Counted from the first letter of the stretch, positions 53,190 to 63,801 are shown. The stretch: 64,000 nt of DNA from an uncultured Thermoleophilia bacterium (GCA_964533575.1 CAZHMG010000005.1:1336-65335), one strand, 5' to 3'. Notes: generated from the sequence alone by a model not told the origin. Translations and numbers: made by a program.

Positions 53190-56100
53190 GTGAGCGACAA
53201 TCGGCCCCGGTTCGGCGAGGTGTCGGCGCGCGTCGACCTCCCCGCCCTCGATGCCCGCATTCTCGCGTTCTGGAAAGCGCGGCACATCTTCGAGAAGAGC
53301 CTTGAGGGCCGCGAGGACGCCCCTGTCTACGTTTTCTACGAGGGTCCGCCGACGGCGAATGGTCGTCCGGGCTCCCATCACGTGATCTCCCGCATCTTCA
53401 AAGATCTCTTCCCCCGCTACAAGACCATGCGTGGCTACCGGGTCCCTCGCAAGGCCGGCTGGGACACTCACGGCTTGCCGGTGGAGCTCGAGGTGGAGCG
53501 CAAGCTCGGCATAAACGGCAAGAAGCAGATCGAGGAGTACGGCATCGCCGAGTTCAACCAGCTCTGCAAGGAGAGCGTGACGGCCTACTTGGCCGAGTGG
53601 GAGCTCTTCACCGAACGCATCGGCTTCTGGGTCGACCTCCAGGATGCGTACTACACATACACGAACGATTACATCGAGACGGTATGGTGGCTGCTGCGGC
53701 AGATCTGGGATAAGGGGCTGCTCTATCAGGGCCACAAGGTCGTTCCCTATTGCCCGCGCTGCGGCACCGCGATCAGCAGTCACGAGGTCGCCCAGGGCTA
53801 CCAGGACGTGACCGAAGACTCCGTGTACCTGCGCTTCCCGCTGAAACCGCATGCCGCAGGCAGACTCGGCATCCCAGAAGGTGAACCGGCGTCACTCGCC
53901 GTCTGGACGACCACGCCGTGGACCCTGCTCAGCAATGTCGCCGCCGCCGTTCGGCCAGACATGACATACGTCGTCGCCGAGAGTCGTGGCGAGCGCTTCG
54001 TGGTCGCCCGCGAGCTTGTGCACAAGGTGTTGGGCAAGGAGGCCATCGTCGAGCGAGAGCTGGCGGGGAGCGACCTGCTCGGCTTGGAGTACGAGCCTCC
54101 CTTCCGCTACATGACGCCGGACAAGCGCGCTCACTTCGTGATTGCCGGCGACTACGTCACGACGAAGGACGGCACAGGCATCGTGCACATCGCACCCGCC
54201 TTCGGTGAGGACGACATGCGCGTGGGCCGCGAGAATGACCTGCCCGTCGTGAACGCTGTCGACACGGAAGGCAGGTTCATCCCGGAGGTCGCCCCGTGGG
54301 CGGGGATCTTCGTGAAGGACGCCGACCCCGCCATCATCGCGGAGCTCCGGGAGCGAGGATTGCTGATCGGCGTCGAGCCATATGAGCACAGCTACCCCTT
54401 CTGCTGGCGCTGCGATACTCCCCTGCTCTACTACGCCAAGGCAACGTGGTACGTTCGCACGACCGCCGTCAAAGACGAGCTCTTGAAAGCCAATGACGCC
54501 GTCACATGGTATCCGGAGCACATCAAGTACGGCCGCTTCGGCGAGTGGCTTGCCAACAACATCGACTGGGCGTTGAGCCGCGACAGGTACTGGGGCACTC
54601 CCCTGCCGATCTGGCGTTGCGACGAGGGACACGCGCACTGCATCGGCAGCGTCGCGGAGTTGCGGGCGATGGCGGCAGGACCCGTGCCCGAGGAGCTCGA
54701 GCTGCACCGTCCCTACGTCGACGACGTCGTACTCCGTTGTCCCGAGTGCGGCGGAGACATGCGCCGGGTTCACGAGGTGATCGACGCCTGGTTCGACTCG
54801 GGATCGATGCCTTTTGGCCAGTGGCATTACCCCTTCGAGAATGTGGAGACGTTCAAGGAGCGCTTCCCCGCCGACTACATCTGCGAAGCGATCGATCAGA
54901 CTCGCGGCTGGTTCTACAGCCTGATCGCCGTCGCCACCCTCGTTGAGGGATACAGCTCCTACAAGACTGTTCTGTGCCTCGGCCACATCCTCGACGCCGA
55001 CGGCCAGAAGATGAGCAAGAGCCGGGGCAATGTCGTGCAGCCCGAGGAGATCCTGGACAAGCAGGGCGCAGACGCCTTCCGCTGGTTCATGTTCGCCACC
55101 CAGAATCCGTGGAGCCCGCGGCGCTTCAGCCCCGAGATGGTCGACGAGGTGGTGCGCAAGTTCCTGCTCACGCTCTGGAACACGTACAGCTTCTTCATCG
55201 TCTACGCGAACATCGATCGTTTTGATCCAGCCAGTCAGACTGTCCCGCTGCATGAGAGGCCGCTGATCGACCGCTGGCTCATCTCGGAGCTCAATCGCCT
55301 CACGAAGGTCGTCACCGACGGGCTGGAGGACTACGACGCGACGGGGACCGCGCGGGCCATCCAGGAATTCGTCGATGACCTGAGCAACTGGTACGTGCGC
55401 CGCAGCCGTCGCCGCTTCTGGAAGAGCGAGAGCGACAGCGACAAGCTCTCCGCATACCACACGCTGTATGAGGCGCTGGTGACGGTCACGAAGCTGCTGG
55501 CGCCGTTCACGCCGTTCATCGCCGAGGAGCTGTACCAGAACCTCGTCCGTTCTGTGGACGAGTCGTCGCCTGAGAGCGTGCATCTGTGTCCGTGGCCGTC
55601 CGTTGACGAGGAAACCATCGACAGTGAGCTGTCGTTTTCGATGGCGGCTGCGCGGCGCGTCGTAGAGCTCGGCCGCGCCGCTCGCAATGCGGCCGCCGTG
55701 AAGACCAGACAGCCGCTCGCCGAGGTGGCCGTCGCGCTGCCTGAGACCGAAAGGTCGGCCGTCGAGGCGCTGCGTGACGTCGTGCTCGACGAGCTGAACG
55801 TCAAGGACCTGCGCCTGGTTGGGGATGAGGGCGAGATGGTGGCGTACACGGTCAAACCGAATCTCAAGCTGCTCGGCCCTCGCCTCGGCAAGCAGCTCGG
55901 GCCGCTGCAGGCGGCGCTGCGTGAACTGGATGGAGCGGCAGTCGTGGCCGACGTGCGCAGTAAAGGCTCATTGACGGTGGCCACCGGCGCAGGGGACATC
56001 ACGGTCTCGGAGAGCGAGCTCCTCATTGAGACGGGATCGCCGGAGGGCTACCAGGTTGAGAGCGACGCCGGTCGCACGGTAGCCCTGAAAACGGCAGTCG

Positions 56101-56396
56101 ACGACGCGCTGCGCGAAGAGGGCGTGGCGCGCGAGATAGTCCACGCCATTCAGCTCGCACGGAAGAATGCCGATCTGCGTATCGAAGAGACGATCAGCCT
56201 GACGCTGTCGCTGCCGGGACAGCTGGAGGCGCTGGCCGGCCGCCACCGGGAGACGATCAAGCTCGAGACGCTCGCCAGCGAGCTGACCATCGGGAAGGTC
56301 CGGGGTGAGCACCTCGAGCAGGCGCGGATCGACGGTCAGGAGATCGGGATAGGCTTGACGCCGACGGGGACGATCTTCACCGTCACATACGGCTGA
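53190..56396 (+). CDS. ileS: isoleucine--tRNA ligase, type 2 (eukaryote-like)
   Basis: The HIGH motif (PPTANGRPGSHH) and the KMSKS motif are present, together with the CP1 editing domain. The type-2 N-terminus (LDARILAFWKARHIFEKS) and C-terminal architecture are present. The GTG start at 53190 is preceded by gaaagcgag. Confidence 0.9.
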   Translation: MSDNRPRFGEVSARVDLPALDARILAFWKARHIFEKSLEGREDAPVYVFYEGPPTANGRPGSHHVISRIFKDLFPRYKTMRGYRVPRKAGWDTHGLPVELEVERKLGINGKKQIEEYGIAEFNQLCKESVTAYLAEWELFTERIGFWVDLQDAYYTYTNDYIETVWWLLRQIWDKGLLYQGHKVVPYCPRCGTAISSHEVAQGYQDVTEDSVYLRFPLKPHAAGRLGIPEGEPASLAVWTTTPWTLLSNVAAAVRPDMTYVVAESRGERFVVARELVHKVLGKEAIVERELAGSDLLGLEYEPPFRYMTPDKRAHFVIAGDYVTTKDGTGIVHIAPAFGEDDMRVGRENDLPVVNAVDTEGRFIPEVAPWAGIFVKDADPAIIAELRERGLLIGVEPYEHSYPFCWRCDTPLLYYAKATWYVRTTAVKDELLKANDAVTWYPEHIKYGRFGEWLANNIDWALSRDRYWGTPLPIWRCDEGHAHCIGSVAELRAMAAGPVPEELELHRPYVDDVVLRCPECGGDMRRVHEVIDAWFDSGSMPFGQWHYPFENVETFKERFPADYICEAIDQTRGWFYSLIAVATLVEGYSSYKTVLCLGHILDADGQKMSKSRGNVVQPEEILDKQGADAFRWFMFATQNPWSPRRFSPEMVDEVVRKFLLTLWNTYSFFIVYANIDRFDPASQTVPLHERPLIDRWLISELNRLTKVVTDGLEDYDATGTARAIQEFVDDLSNWYVRRSRRRFWKSESDSDKLSAYHTLYEALVTVTKLLAPFTPFIAEELYQNLVRSVDESSPESVHLCPWPSVDEETIDSELSFSMAAARRVVELGRAARNAAAVKTRQPLAEVAVALPETERSAVEALRDVVLDELNVKDLRLVGDEGEMVAYTVKPNLKLLGPRLGKQLGPLQAALRELDGAAVVADVRSKGSLTVATGAGDITVSESELLIETGSPEGYQVESDAGRTVALKTAVDDALREEGVAREIVHAIQLARKNADLRIEETISLTLSLPGQLEALAGRHRETIKLETLASELTIGKVRGEHLEQARIDGQEIGIGLTPTGTIFTVTYG

Positions 56397-56429
56397 ACCG
56401 TCCGCCGCCGGAGCCGCGAAGGGGGGAAC

Positions 56430-57128
56430 GTGGAGGACACGCGCGAAGAAGCTCTCGATCTGCTGATCGAGCTGGCCGACGCGCGACCGGACGACGTCGC
56501 TCTCGACTACGCCGTTGTACCGAGCCTTGCGGTGTTTGCGGTCGCGCCGATCGTCAGCTCACTTCAGGCTGTGGCGGAGCGTCCCGACATCTGCGAGGAG
56601 GGACGGCGACTGGCCGCGGAGCTGGACTTGGCGAACGTCGACTTCCAGCTCGCCGACCTGCTCGCCCTTCCTCATCAGCCCGAGACGTTTTCTCTGACCA
56701 CGTGTTGCGAGGGACTCCATCTCCTGACCGACCCGATCGCCGCACTCTCGGAGCTGCGGCGCGTGACGAGCTCTGGCGGCAGAATCGTGCTCGTGGAGCC
56801 GGTCGTCGACGAGGTCCTCGACGGGCCCTTCAACGACCTTGCACGAGTGGTTGATCCGTCCCACCGGCGGTATTTCCTGCAAGCGGAACTGGAGCTTCTC
56901 ACGCGGGAAGCGGGCTTGCGGGTGGCCCGCAAGGGGTTCGTGCGGCGTACCATCGATCTCGAGTACTGGGCACAGGCGGCGGGAGCGCCTGCCACGCGTG
57001 CGACGCTCGTCAGTGAACAGTTCAGGTCGCTGCCCATCGAGGCTCAGATGCGTCTGGACGCGGCCTTCAGCGACGCGGCCATCTCGTTCAGCTACGATCT
57101 CTGCGGGCTGCGACTCGAGCGTGTCTGA
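56430..57128 (+). CDS. class I SAM-dependent methyltransferase-like protein
   Basis: LTDPIAALSELRRVTSSGGRIVLVEPV resembles the Methyltransf_11 post-motif II/III. The N-terminal motif I is degenerate. Confidence 0.45.
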   Translation: MEDTREEALDLLIELADARPDDVALDYAVVPSLAVFAVAPIVSSLQAVAERPDICEEGRRLAAELDLANVDFQLADLLALPHQPETFSLTTCCEGLHLLTDPIAALSELRRVTSSGGRIVLVEPVVDEVLDGPFNDLARVVDPSHRRYFLQAELELLTREAGLRVARKGFVRRTIDLEYWAQAAGAPATRATLVSEQFRSLPIEAQMRLDAAFSDAAISFSYDLCGLRLERV

Positions 57129-57305
57129 GTGGCACCGCCGGCAGACGCTGGCCGCCTGCGCGTGGTGGTGGCTGTGGAAGACGAAACGCAGGGGCATCGA
57201 CGCGTAGATGGTGGGCCCGACGTGATGCCCGCCTGCCGCTCTGGGAACGCGGGCTCGTGAACGCGGTATCGACCGTACTGCGCCGGGACTGTAGCCGGAG
57301 AAGGG

Positions 57306-57620
57306 CTAGGAGAGGAAGGAGCCGAGCTCCTCGGCCAGTTTGGCCTTGGCCATGGCGCCGACCACGCGCTGCTTCACTTCGCCCGCCTCGAAGGCGAGGA
57401 TCGTGGGGATGTTCATCACCGAGAACTGCTGGGCCACAGCCGGCGCTTCATCCACGTTGATCTTCACGAACTTGACGCTCGGGTAGTCGTCGGCCATCTC
57501 TTCGAGCACCGGTCCGATCATGCGGCAGGGACCGCACCACTCCGCCCAGAAGTCGACCAGGACCTTGCCGGGGGCGGCAATGACCTCAGCTTCGAAGTTG
57601 TCCTGGGAGACAGCTTCCAC
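57306..57620 (-). CDS. trxA: thioredoxin
   Basis: The active site is WCGPC (VLVDFWAEWCGPCRMIGP) and the length is 104 aa. Confidence 0.9.
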   Translation of the reverse strand: MEAVSQDNFEAEVIAAPGKVLVDFWAEWCGPCRMIGPVLEEMADDYPSVKFVKINVDEAPAVAQQFSVMNIPTILAFEAGEVKQRVVGAMAKAKLAEELGSFLS

Positions 57621-57632
57621 GTCGTCCTCCTG

Positions 57633-58652
57633 TCAGCGTTGTGGCTCGTTGCCCGGAGCTGGGCCGGGAACGCCGGCGACCCCCGGGATGACGCACGCAA
57701 CCTCAGACAGATACCGCTCTGCCTGCATTGCCGCGAGCGCTCCCTCGCCGACGGCAGTCGCGATCTGCTTGAGCGCGCTGGCGCGGGCGTCGCCGCAGGC
57801 GTAAACGCCCGGAAGGTTCGTGCGGAGCAGCTCGTCGGTGGGGATGTAGCCGAGGTCGTCGAGTTCGACGAAGCCCTTGAGGAAGCCGGTATTAGGCGTG
57901 TTGCCGATGTAGAAGAACACACCGTCCAGGGCCAGCTCGCTCGATTCGCCCGTCTTCACGTTCTCGATCTGGAGCCCGCGAACGACCTCGTCGCCGATGA
58001 TGCGTACAGGGACGGAATCCCAGACGAACTCGAACACCGGATTGCAGAAAGCGCGCTCCTGGACAACCTCGGCCGCCCGCAAGGTGTCGCGCCGATGCAC
58101 CAGGTAGACCTTCTGCGCGAACTTCGTGAGGAAGATGCCTTCTTCGACCGCGGAATCGCCGCCGCCGATGACGGCGACGGTGCGACCGCGGTACAGGGCG
58201 CCATCGCAGGTCGCGCACCAGCTGACACCCCTTCCGATGAACTCCCCCTCACCGGGGATGCCGCTGCGCTTGGCCTCGCGCCCAGGCGCCAGGATGACCG
58301 CCTTCGTGCGAAGCGTCTCCCGATCGGTCACGACGCTGTACGTGCCGTCCGCCTCAGGTCGGATGGCCGTGACGCCGGTGATCTCGCGGAGATCGACCCC
58401 GAACTGCATGGCTTGCCGCTTGAGTCTGTCGGCCAGCTCGAAGCCGGAGACGCCGCCGGGGAAGCCCGGGAAGTTCTCGACAAGCTCGGTGATGGCGATG
58501 ACGCCGCCCGCCATGTTGCGATCGAGAATGACCGTATCGATGCGAGCGCGGGAGCAGTAGATGCCGGCAGCCAGACCCGCAGGACCGGCACCGACGATGA
58601 CCACCTCCCGCGTGCCGTCTGGTGCGGTCGTGGATGTGGGTGCGTCGTTCAT
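57633..58652 (-). CDS. trxB: thioredoxin-disulfide reductase
   Basis: FAD motif VVIVGAGPAGLAAG, redox-active CATC (SWCATCDGALY), and NADPH motif VIGGGDSAVEEG are present. Confidence 0.9.
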   Translation of the reverse strand: MNDAPTSTTAPDGTREVVIVGAGPAGLAAGIYCSRARIDTVILDRNMAGGVIAITELVENFPGFPGGVSGFELADRLKRQAMQFGVDLREITGVTAIRPEADGTYSVVTDRETLRTKAVILAPGREAKRSGIPGEGEFIGRGVSWCATCDGALYRGRTVAVIGGGDSAVEEGIFLTKFAQKVYLVHRRDTLRAAEVVQERAFCNPVFEFVWDSVPVRIIGDEVVRGLQIENVKTGESSELALDGVFFYIGNTPNTGFLKGFVELDDLGYIPTDELLRTNLPGVYACGDARASALKQIATAVGEGALAAMQAERYLSEVACVIPGVAGVPGPAPGNEPQR

Positions 58653-59695
58653 GCTTGCCCCAGTATACCCGTCCCGCGGTGCAGCAGACCGCGTCGCACC
58701 AGTTCTTCCGCTATCTGCACTGCATTGAGCGCTGCGCCCTTCCGCAGGTTGTCGGCGACGATCCAGAGGTCGAGCCCGCTCTGGATCGTGACGTCCTCGC
58801 GAATGCGCCCGACGTACACCGGATCGCGGCCCTCAGCCGGCAGCGGCATGGGGTACCGGAGCCGCGCTGGGTCGTCGACGACCTCAATGCCGGGCGCGGC
58901 GGAAAGCAGTGCGCGTGCCTCGCCGGCGCTCAGCTTGCGCCGCGTCTGTACGTTGACCGCTTCGCTGTGCGCGCCGAAGACGGGCACGCGCACGCATGTG
59001 GCTGTGACCTTGATGCCGGGGTCGTCGAAGATCTTGACCGTCTCGTCCACCATCTTCTGTTCTTCCTTCGTCGCTCCGGACGGCAGGAAGTTGTCGATGT
59101 GCGGCAGCGCATTGAAGGCGATCTGATACGGATAGAACTGCTGTTCGACCTCGTCGCCGCGCGCCCACTGCCGCACCTGCGCCTCGAGCGCGGCGATGCC
59201 GCCCTGCCCGCTGCCTGATACCGCCTGGTATGTGCTGACGACGACGCGCTCGATGCCCGCGGCGTCGTTCAGCGGGCGCAGGGCGACAACCATTTGAATG
59301 GTCGAGCAGTTCGGCGTCGCGATGACGCCCGTGTGCGCCTCGAGATGTGCCGCGTTCACCTCGGGCACGACCAGCGGAACGCCGGTATGCATACGGAAGA
59401 CGCTCGACTTGTCGATGACGGTGGCGCCGGCGGCGGCCGCAGCCGGGACGAAGGCGCGGCTGACGTCGCCGCCGGCCGCGAAGAAGGCGATGTCGACGCC
59501 GGCGAACGAATGCTCGCCGAGCTCGAGCACCTCGTGCTCGGCGCCACCGAAGGCAAACCGGCGACCTGCGGAACGCGCACTGGCCAGGAGTCGCAGCTCA
59601 CCGACCGGAAAGGCGCGCTCTTCGAGGATTCGGCGAACAGTGCCGCCGACGACGCCGGTCGCCCCTACGATGGCGACGCAGTAGTCGCGTCCCAT
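58649..59695 (-). CDS. asd: aspartate-semialdehyde dehydrogenase
   Basis: VAIVGATGVVGGTVRRIL, the active-site Cys in IATPNCSTIQ, and a start at MGRDYCV are present. Upstream ORF sequence is Arg-rich and non-homologous. Confidence 0.85.
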   Translation of the reverse strand: MGRDYCVAIVGATGVVGGTVRRILEERAFPVGELRLLASARSAGRRFAFGGAEHEVLELGEHSFAGVDIAFFAAGGDVSRAFVPAAAAAGATVIDKSSVFRMHTGVPLVVPEVNAAHLEAHTGVIATPNCSTIQMVVALRPLNDAAGIERVVVSTYQAVSGSGQGGIAALEAQVRQWARGDEVEQQFYPYQIAFNALPHIDNFLPSGATKEEQKMVDETVKIFDDPGIKVTATCVRVPVFGAHSEAVNVQTRRKLSAGEARALLSAAPGIEVVDDPARLRYPMPLPAEGRDPVYVGRIREDVTIQSGLDLWIVADNLRKGAALNAVQIAEELVRRGLLHRGTGILGQA

Positions 59696-59697
59696 GG

Positions 59698-60951
59698 TCA
59701 GAAGGAGCCCCGGTCGGCATGCATGTGATGAACCGAGGCCGAATCGAGCTTGAACACGTCGTGCAGCACGCGTACCGCTTCGTCGACGCGATCCTTGTCG
59801 ATCACGGCGGAGATCTTGATGGGCGACGTGCTGATCATGTCGAGGTTGATGCCGAGCTCGGCGAAGGTTCTGAACATCATCGCCGCGACTCCAGGATTGG
59901 CGCGCATGCCGACGCCGATGACGCTGACCTTGGCGATGTTCGTGTCGGTCACGTAGCCCTTGGCGCCCAGCTTGTCGATGACCGAACGCAGCGCGAGGTC
60001 GGCTACGGCGCTGTCCTCCTGCGGGATTGTGCACGAGAGGTCGGTGTGCCCGCTCTCGCTCGAGTTCTGGATGATCATGTCGACGTTCACGTGGGCGTCG
60101 GCCAGCGCCCCGAACACCTCTGCGGCGACGCCGGGCTGGTCGGGAACGCCACGGACGGTGATGCGCGCCTCGTCCGTGGTGTACGTGACGGATCTGATGA
60201 TGGGGCTCTCCATGGTTGGGTCTTCCTCTCTCACCCAGGTCCCTACTTGATCAGAGAAGCTCGAGCGCACGTGGATGGGGATGTCGTATTTGCGTGCGTA
60301 TTCAACAGCGCGCACGGCGAGCACCTGCGCCCCCGCAGCCGCCATCTCGAGCATCTCGTCGTACGAGATCTCATCGATCTTGCGGGCCTTGGCGACGAGG
60401 CTGGGGTTGGCTGTGTAGACACCCTCGACGTCCGTGTAGATCTCGCAGACGTCGGCATGCAGCGCGTGGGCAAGGGCGACGGCGGTCGTGTCTGAACCGC
60501 CGCGGCCGAGCGTCGTGACGTCGCGCTCGGTGCTCACGCCCTGGAAACCGGCGACGAGGACGATCCTTCCCTTCTCCATGGCCTCCTCGACGCGCCTGGG
60601 ATTGATGTCGAGGATGCGCGCCTTGGTATGCACCCCGTCGGTCACGATGCCCGCTTGCGAGCCGGTGAAGCTCACGGCCTCGCGGCCCAGCCGGTCGATG
60701 GCCATGGCGAGCAGGGCGCAGCTGATTCGCTCGCCCGCCGAGAGGAGCATGTCCATCTCGCGTTCGGGCGGGTGCGGCGTGATCTCGTGGGCCAGAGCGA
60801 GGAGCTCGTCTGTGGTGTCGCCGCGGGCGGAGACCACGGCGCAGACGCTGTTGCCCTGCTCATAGGTGGCGACGATGCGGCGCGCGACGTTCGCGATGCG
60901 AGCCGCGTCTGCCACCGAGGTGCCACCATACTTCTGGACGACGATAGACAC
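59698..60951 (-). CDS. lysC: aspartate kinase
   Basis: [13 protein letters not shown] is present, with C-terminal tandem ACT domains. The stop lies 2 nt before the asd start. Confidence 0.9.
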   Translation of the reverse strand: MSIVVQKYGGTSVADAARIANVARRIVATYEQGNSVCAVVSARGDTTDELLALAHEITPHPPEREMDMLLSAGERISCALLAMAIDRLGREAVSFTGSQAGIVTDGVHTKARILDINPRRVEEAMEKGRIVLVAGFQGVSTERDVTTLGRGGSDTTAVALAHALHADVCEIYTDVEGVYTANPSLVAKARKIDEISYDEMLEMAAAGAQVLAVRAVEYARKYDIPIHVRSSFSDQVGTWVREEDPTMESPIIRSVTYTTDEARITVRGVPDQPGVAAEVFGALADAHVNVDMIIQNSSESGHTDLSCTIPQEDSAVADLALRSVIDKLGAKGYVTDTNIAKVSVIGVGMRANPGVAAMMFRTFAELGINLDMISTSPIKISAVIDKDRVDEAVRVLHDVFKLDSASVHHMHADRGSF

Positions 60952-61053
60952 GCCACTCCTCAGGCTCGAGACGGGCGTAGAAGTGTATCAAACACCGGTT
61001 CCCGCCATGCACGGCCGGCGGGCGTGCGGGAAGCCCGCCCGGGAGGCACCGGC

Positions 61054-61785
61054 TCAGCGACCGAGCGGCGGCGCGACGCGCGGCATCGCGCGCTTGTGCT
61101 CGCTTGCCGCGTGCATCGCATCCACGCTCGTCCGTACTCGTTCGGACGCCAGCCCGCTCAGGATGTAGGTGTCAAGTTCCTTGTAGCTCAGCCCGAGATC
61201 GTCTTCGTCTGTCTGGCCTGGCCACAGCCCGGCGGACGGGGGCTTGTCGATGATCGGCTGGGGGACGTGCAGAGCCTTGGCCAGGTCGCGGACCTGATGC
61301 TTGACGAGACTGCCGAGGGGCAGCAGGTCGGCGCCGCCGTCGCCGTACTTGGTGAAGTAGCCGAGCGTGAGCTCGGTGCGATTACTGCTGCCGAGAACGA
61401 ACCATCCTCGTTCATTCGCCAGGGCATAGAGCGTGATCATGCGCAGACGAGGCTTGAGATTGGCGAGGGCGAGACGGCTCTCCCGGAGGCAGGGGCTCGC
61501 GGCGGACAGCGTCTCCAGGAAGCCGTCGTAGAGAGAGGTGAGATCGATGGTGACGGGCGCGACGCCGAAGTGCTTCGCGATGAGCTCGCCGTCCCTCGCA
61601 TCCTGAGGATCGCTGTGGCACGGCATGAGGACAGCGAGGGCGTTGTGGGGAAAGGCCTGTGCGGCCAGGCCGGCCACGACGGCGGAGTCGATGCCGCCCG
61701 ACACACCGAACACGACGCCTGCCCCGCCGTTCGCCGTGACCTCATCATGAAGCCACGAGACGAGGTGCTCTGTCAGGGTGGGCAT
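61054..61785 (-). CDS. nadE: ammonia-dependent NAD+ synthetase
   Basis: The PP-loop motif is SGGIDS (GVSGGIDSAVVAGL). The protein is 243 aa. Confidence 0.85.
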   Translation of the reverse strand: MPTLTEHLVSWLHDEVTANGGAGVVFGVSGGIDSAVVAGLAAQAFPHNALAVLMPCHSDPQDARDGELIAKHFGVAPVTIDLTSLYDGFLETLSAASPCLRESRLALANLKPRLRMITLYALANERGWFVLGSSNRTELTLGYFTKYGDGGADLLPLGSLVKHQVRDLAKALHVPQPIIDKPPSAGLWPGQTDEDDLGLSYKELDTYILSGLASERVRTSVDAMHAASEHKRAMPRVAPPLGR

Positions 61786-61822
61786 ACGCTGCTTCCTCGC
61801 CTGCCTGTCGTGAACAGGTGCC

Positions 61823-61864
61823 GGACCGGCGGCGCGCTTTGCTTCGTCCGCGTGCCGCCGGTCC
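61823..61864. terminator. 11-bp perfect stem-loop between nadE start region and the glnA 3' end
   Basis: GGACCGGCGGC-(20 nt)-GCCGCCGGTCC lies 36 nt downstream of the glnA stop on the minus strand. It is not followed by a U-tract. Confidence 0.35.
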
Positions 61865-61899
61865 TCACACTCATGTGTCGGTGACTGTACCCGGCCTGC

Positions 61900-63228
61900 T
61901 CAGAGCTTCGGCAGGTACCGCTTGATCTCAAAGTCGCTCACATGCTCGCGGTACTCGTACCACTCGTTGAGCTTGTTGGTCACAAAGCGCTCGAAGCAGT
62001 GGTCGCCCAGCGTCCGGCGCACGAGTTCGCTCTCGCGCGTCGCGGTGATCGCTTCGTACAGATTGTTGGGGAGCGCCTCGAGGCCGATCGCGTCGCGCTC
62101 TTCTGCGTTCATCTTGTAGATATTGGGCTCGACGGAAGGCGGAAGCTCATAGCCCTTCTCGATGCCGTCGAGGCCGGCGGAGAGCATCACGGCGAACGCA
62201 AGATACGGGTTCGCGGCGGGGTCCGGATTGCGCATCTCAGCGCGCACGGTGCTCTCCTTGCCCTGCACGTAGAGCGGCACGCGGATCAGCGCCGTGCGGT
62301 TGCGGTGTGCCCAGCTGACGTACACCGGTGCTTCATAGCCCGGCACCAGCCGCTTGTAGCTGTTCACGTACTGATTCATGATCGAGGTGATCTCTCGCAT
62401 GTGACGAAGCTGGCCGGCGATGAAGCCTTTGGCCACGTCCGACAGATGGTGGGGATCGTCGGCGCTGAAGAACGCGTTGACCGACCCGCGGAACAGCGAC
62501 TGGTGCACGTGCATGCCGCTGCCGGCGTGGCCATAGAGCGGCTTGGGCATGAAGGTGGCGTGGACGCCGTTGTGGGCGGCCACCTCCTTCACGATCAGGC
62601 GGCTGATCATCACGCGATCCGCCATGATCAGCGCCTTGTCGTAATGAGGATCGATTTCGTGCTGAGAGGGCGCCACCTCGTGGTGAGACGCTTCCATGGG
62701 AATCCCGAGCTTGTCCAGCGTCCGCATGGTCTGCTTGCGGAGGTCGTTGCCGAGGTCGTCGGGCAGCACGTCGAAGTACCCGCCGTCATCGATCGTCTCC
62801 GGCTTGTCCGGGCTTTTGAAGTAGAAGTACTCGAGCTCAGGCCCGACATAGAACTCGAAGCCCAGGGCGCGGGCGCGTTCGAGCTGCCGCCGCAGGACCC
62901 AGCGCGGATCACCCTCGAAGGGCGCGAAGTTGCGGTCGAGGACGTCGCAGAAGACAAAGGCCGTCTTCTCGTTTGCCTGCGCCCACGGCAGGAGCGTGAA
63001 GGTGTCCCAGTCGGGCATCGCGACGATGTCCGACTCCTCGATCTCCGCGTACCCGGTGATGGATGATCCGTCGAACGGCGCCCCGCTCTGCAGCACACTG
63101 TCGAGCTGGCGGTCGGGGATCTCGACCATCTTGAGGTTGCCGAGGATGTCCGTGAACCACAACTGAATGTGTTTCACGCGCTCGTCCTTGACGAGCTTGG
63201 TGATCCTGGCCTGGTGCTCGTTGTTCAT
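61900..63228 (-). CDS. glnA: glutamine synthetase, type I (short alpha-type, about 440 aa)
   Basis: The catalytic regions are GPELEYFYF, HHEVAPSQHEIDP, and KPLYGHAGSGMHVHQSL. Confidence 0.9.
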   Translation of the reverse strand: MNNEHQARITKLVKDERVKHIQLWFTDILGNLKMVEIPDRQLDSVLQSGAPFDGSSITGYAEIEESDIVAMPDWDTFTLLPWAQANEKTAFVFCDVLDRNFAPFEGDPRWVLRRQLERARALGFEFYVGPELEYFYFKSPDKPETIDDGGYFDVLPDDLGNDLRKQTMRTLDKLGIPMEASHHEVAPSQHEIDPHYDKALIMADRVMISRLIVKEVAAHNGVHATFMPKPLYGHAGSGMHVHQSLFRGSVNAFFSADDPHHLSDVAKGFIAGQLRHMREITSIMNQYVNSYKRLVPGYEAPVYVSWAHRNRTALIRVPLYVQGKESTVRAEMRNPDPAANPYLAFAVMLSAGLDGIEKGYELPPSVEPNIYKMNAEERDAIGLEALPNNLYEAITATRESELVRRTLGDHCFERFVTNKLNEWYEYREHVSDFEIKRYLPKL

Positions 63229-63461
63229 ACGTCATCCTTGAGGCCGTATCCGGGGCGCCTGCTGACGCCTCTCTGATAGGGACGTTCTACCAAGCTCGAC
63301 GGAAATCGGCAAACACGAGGCCGGGAGAGGGCGTTCTAGGCTCAACGACACGTTCATTGCGTGCGTGCAGACCCCGTAGTATGCTCGCCGGGATATGGGA
63401 GGCGTGCAGACCGGTTTGCCGATCCGGGCGCGCCGGCCCCGAGTCCGAAAGGAGACCCCGC

Positions 63462-63611
63462 ATGGCGACTGAGGCCTACTGTGTCAAGTGCCGCGCCAAG
63501 AAGACCATGAAGGACGAGACCGCCGTCACGATGAAGAACGGGAAGCCGGCGACGCAGGGCACCTGCCCTGAGTGCGGCACGAAGATGTTCAAGATCGGCA
63601 AGAGCAAGTAG
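63462..63611 (+). CDS. DUF5679-type zinc-ribbon protein (49 aa)
   Basis: The sequence is CVKC...CPEC (MATEAYCVKCRAKKTMKDETAVTMKNGKPATQGTCPECGTKMFKIGKSK). There is a strong RBS gaaaggag 8 nt upstream. Confidence 0.6.
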   Translation: MATEAYCVKCRAKKTMKDETAVTMKNGKPATQGTCPECGTKMFKIGKSK

Positions 63612-63801
63612 GAGCCTCTCCCGCGAGTGCGGGCCGTGTTGCTGAGCATCTCCGGTGGGGGCCGGCGCCCGATGGCGCCGGCCCCCACCGTCGTTCCGCC
63701 CCCGTTTCGAGTTGCGCGGAATGCCTTCAGTCCTCACGATCACACCTGCGTTACACTTGTTGCCGGACACGAGACGGCGCCACACACGCAGCCGGGGGTG
63801 A

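Noticed and set aside
60952-61053. Possible lysine riboswitch upstream of lysC
   Set aside because: The leader is only about 100 nt and is largely occupied by a hairpin that fits a nadE terminator. The L-box needs about 180 nt.
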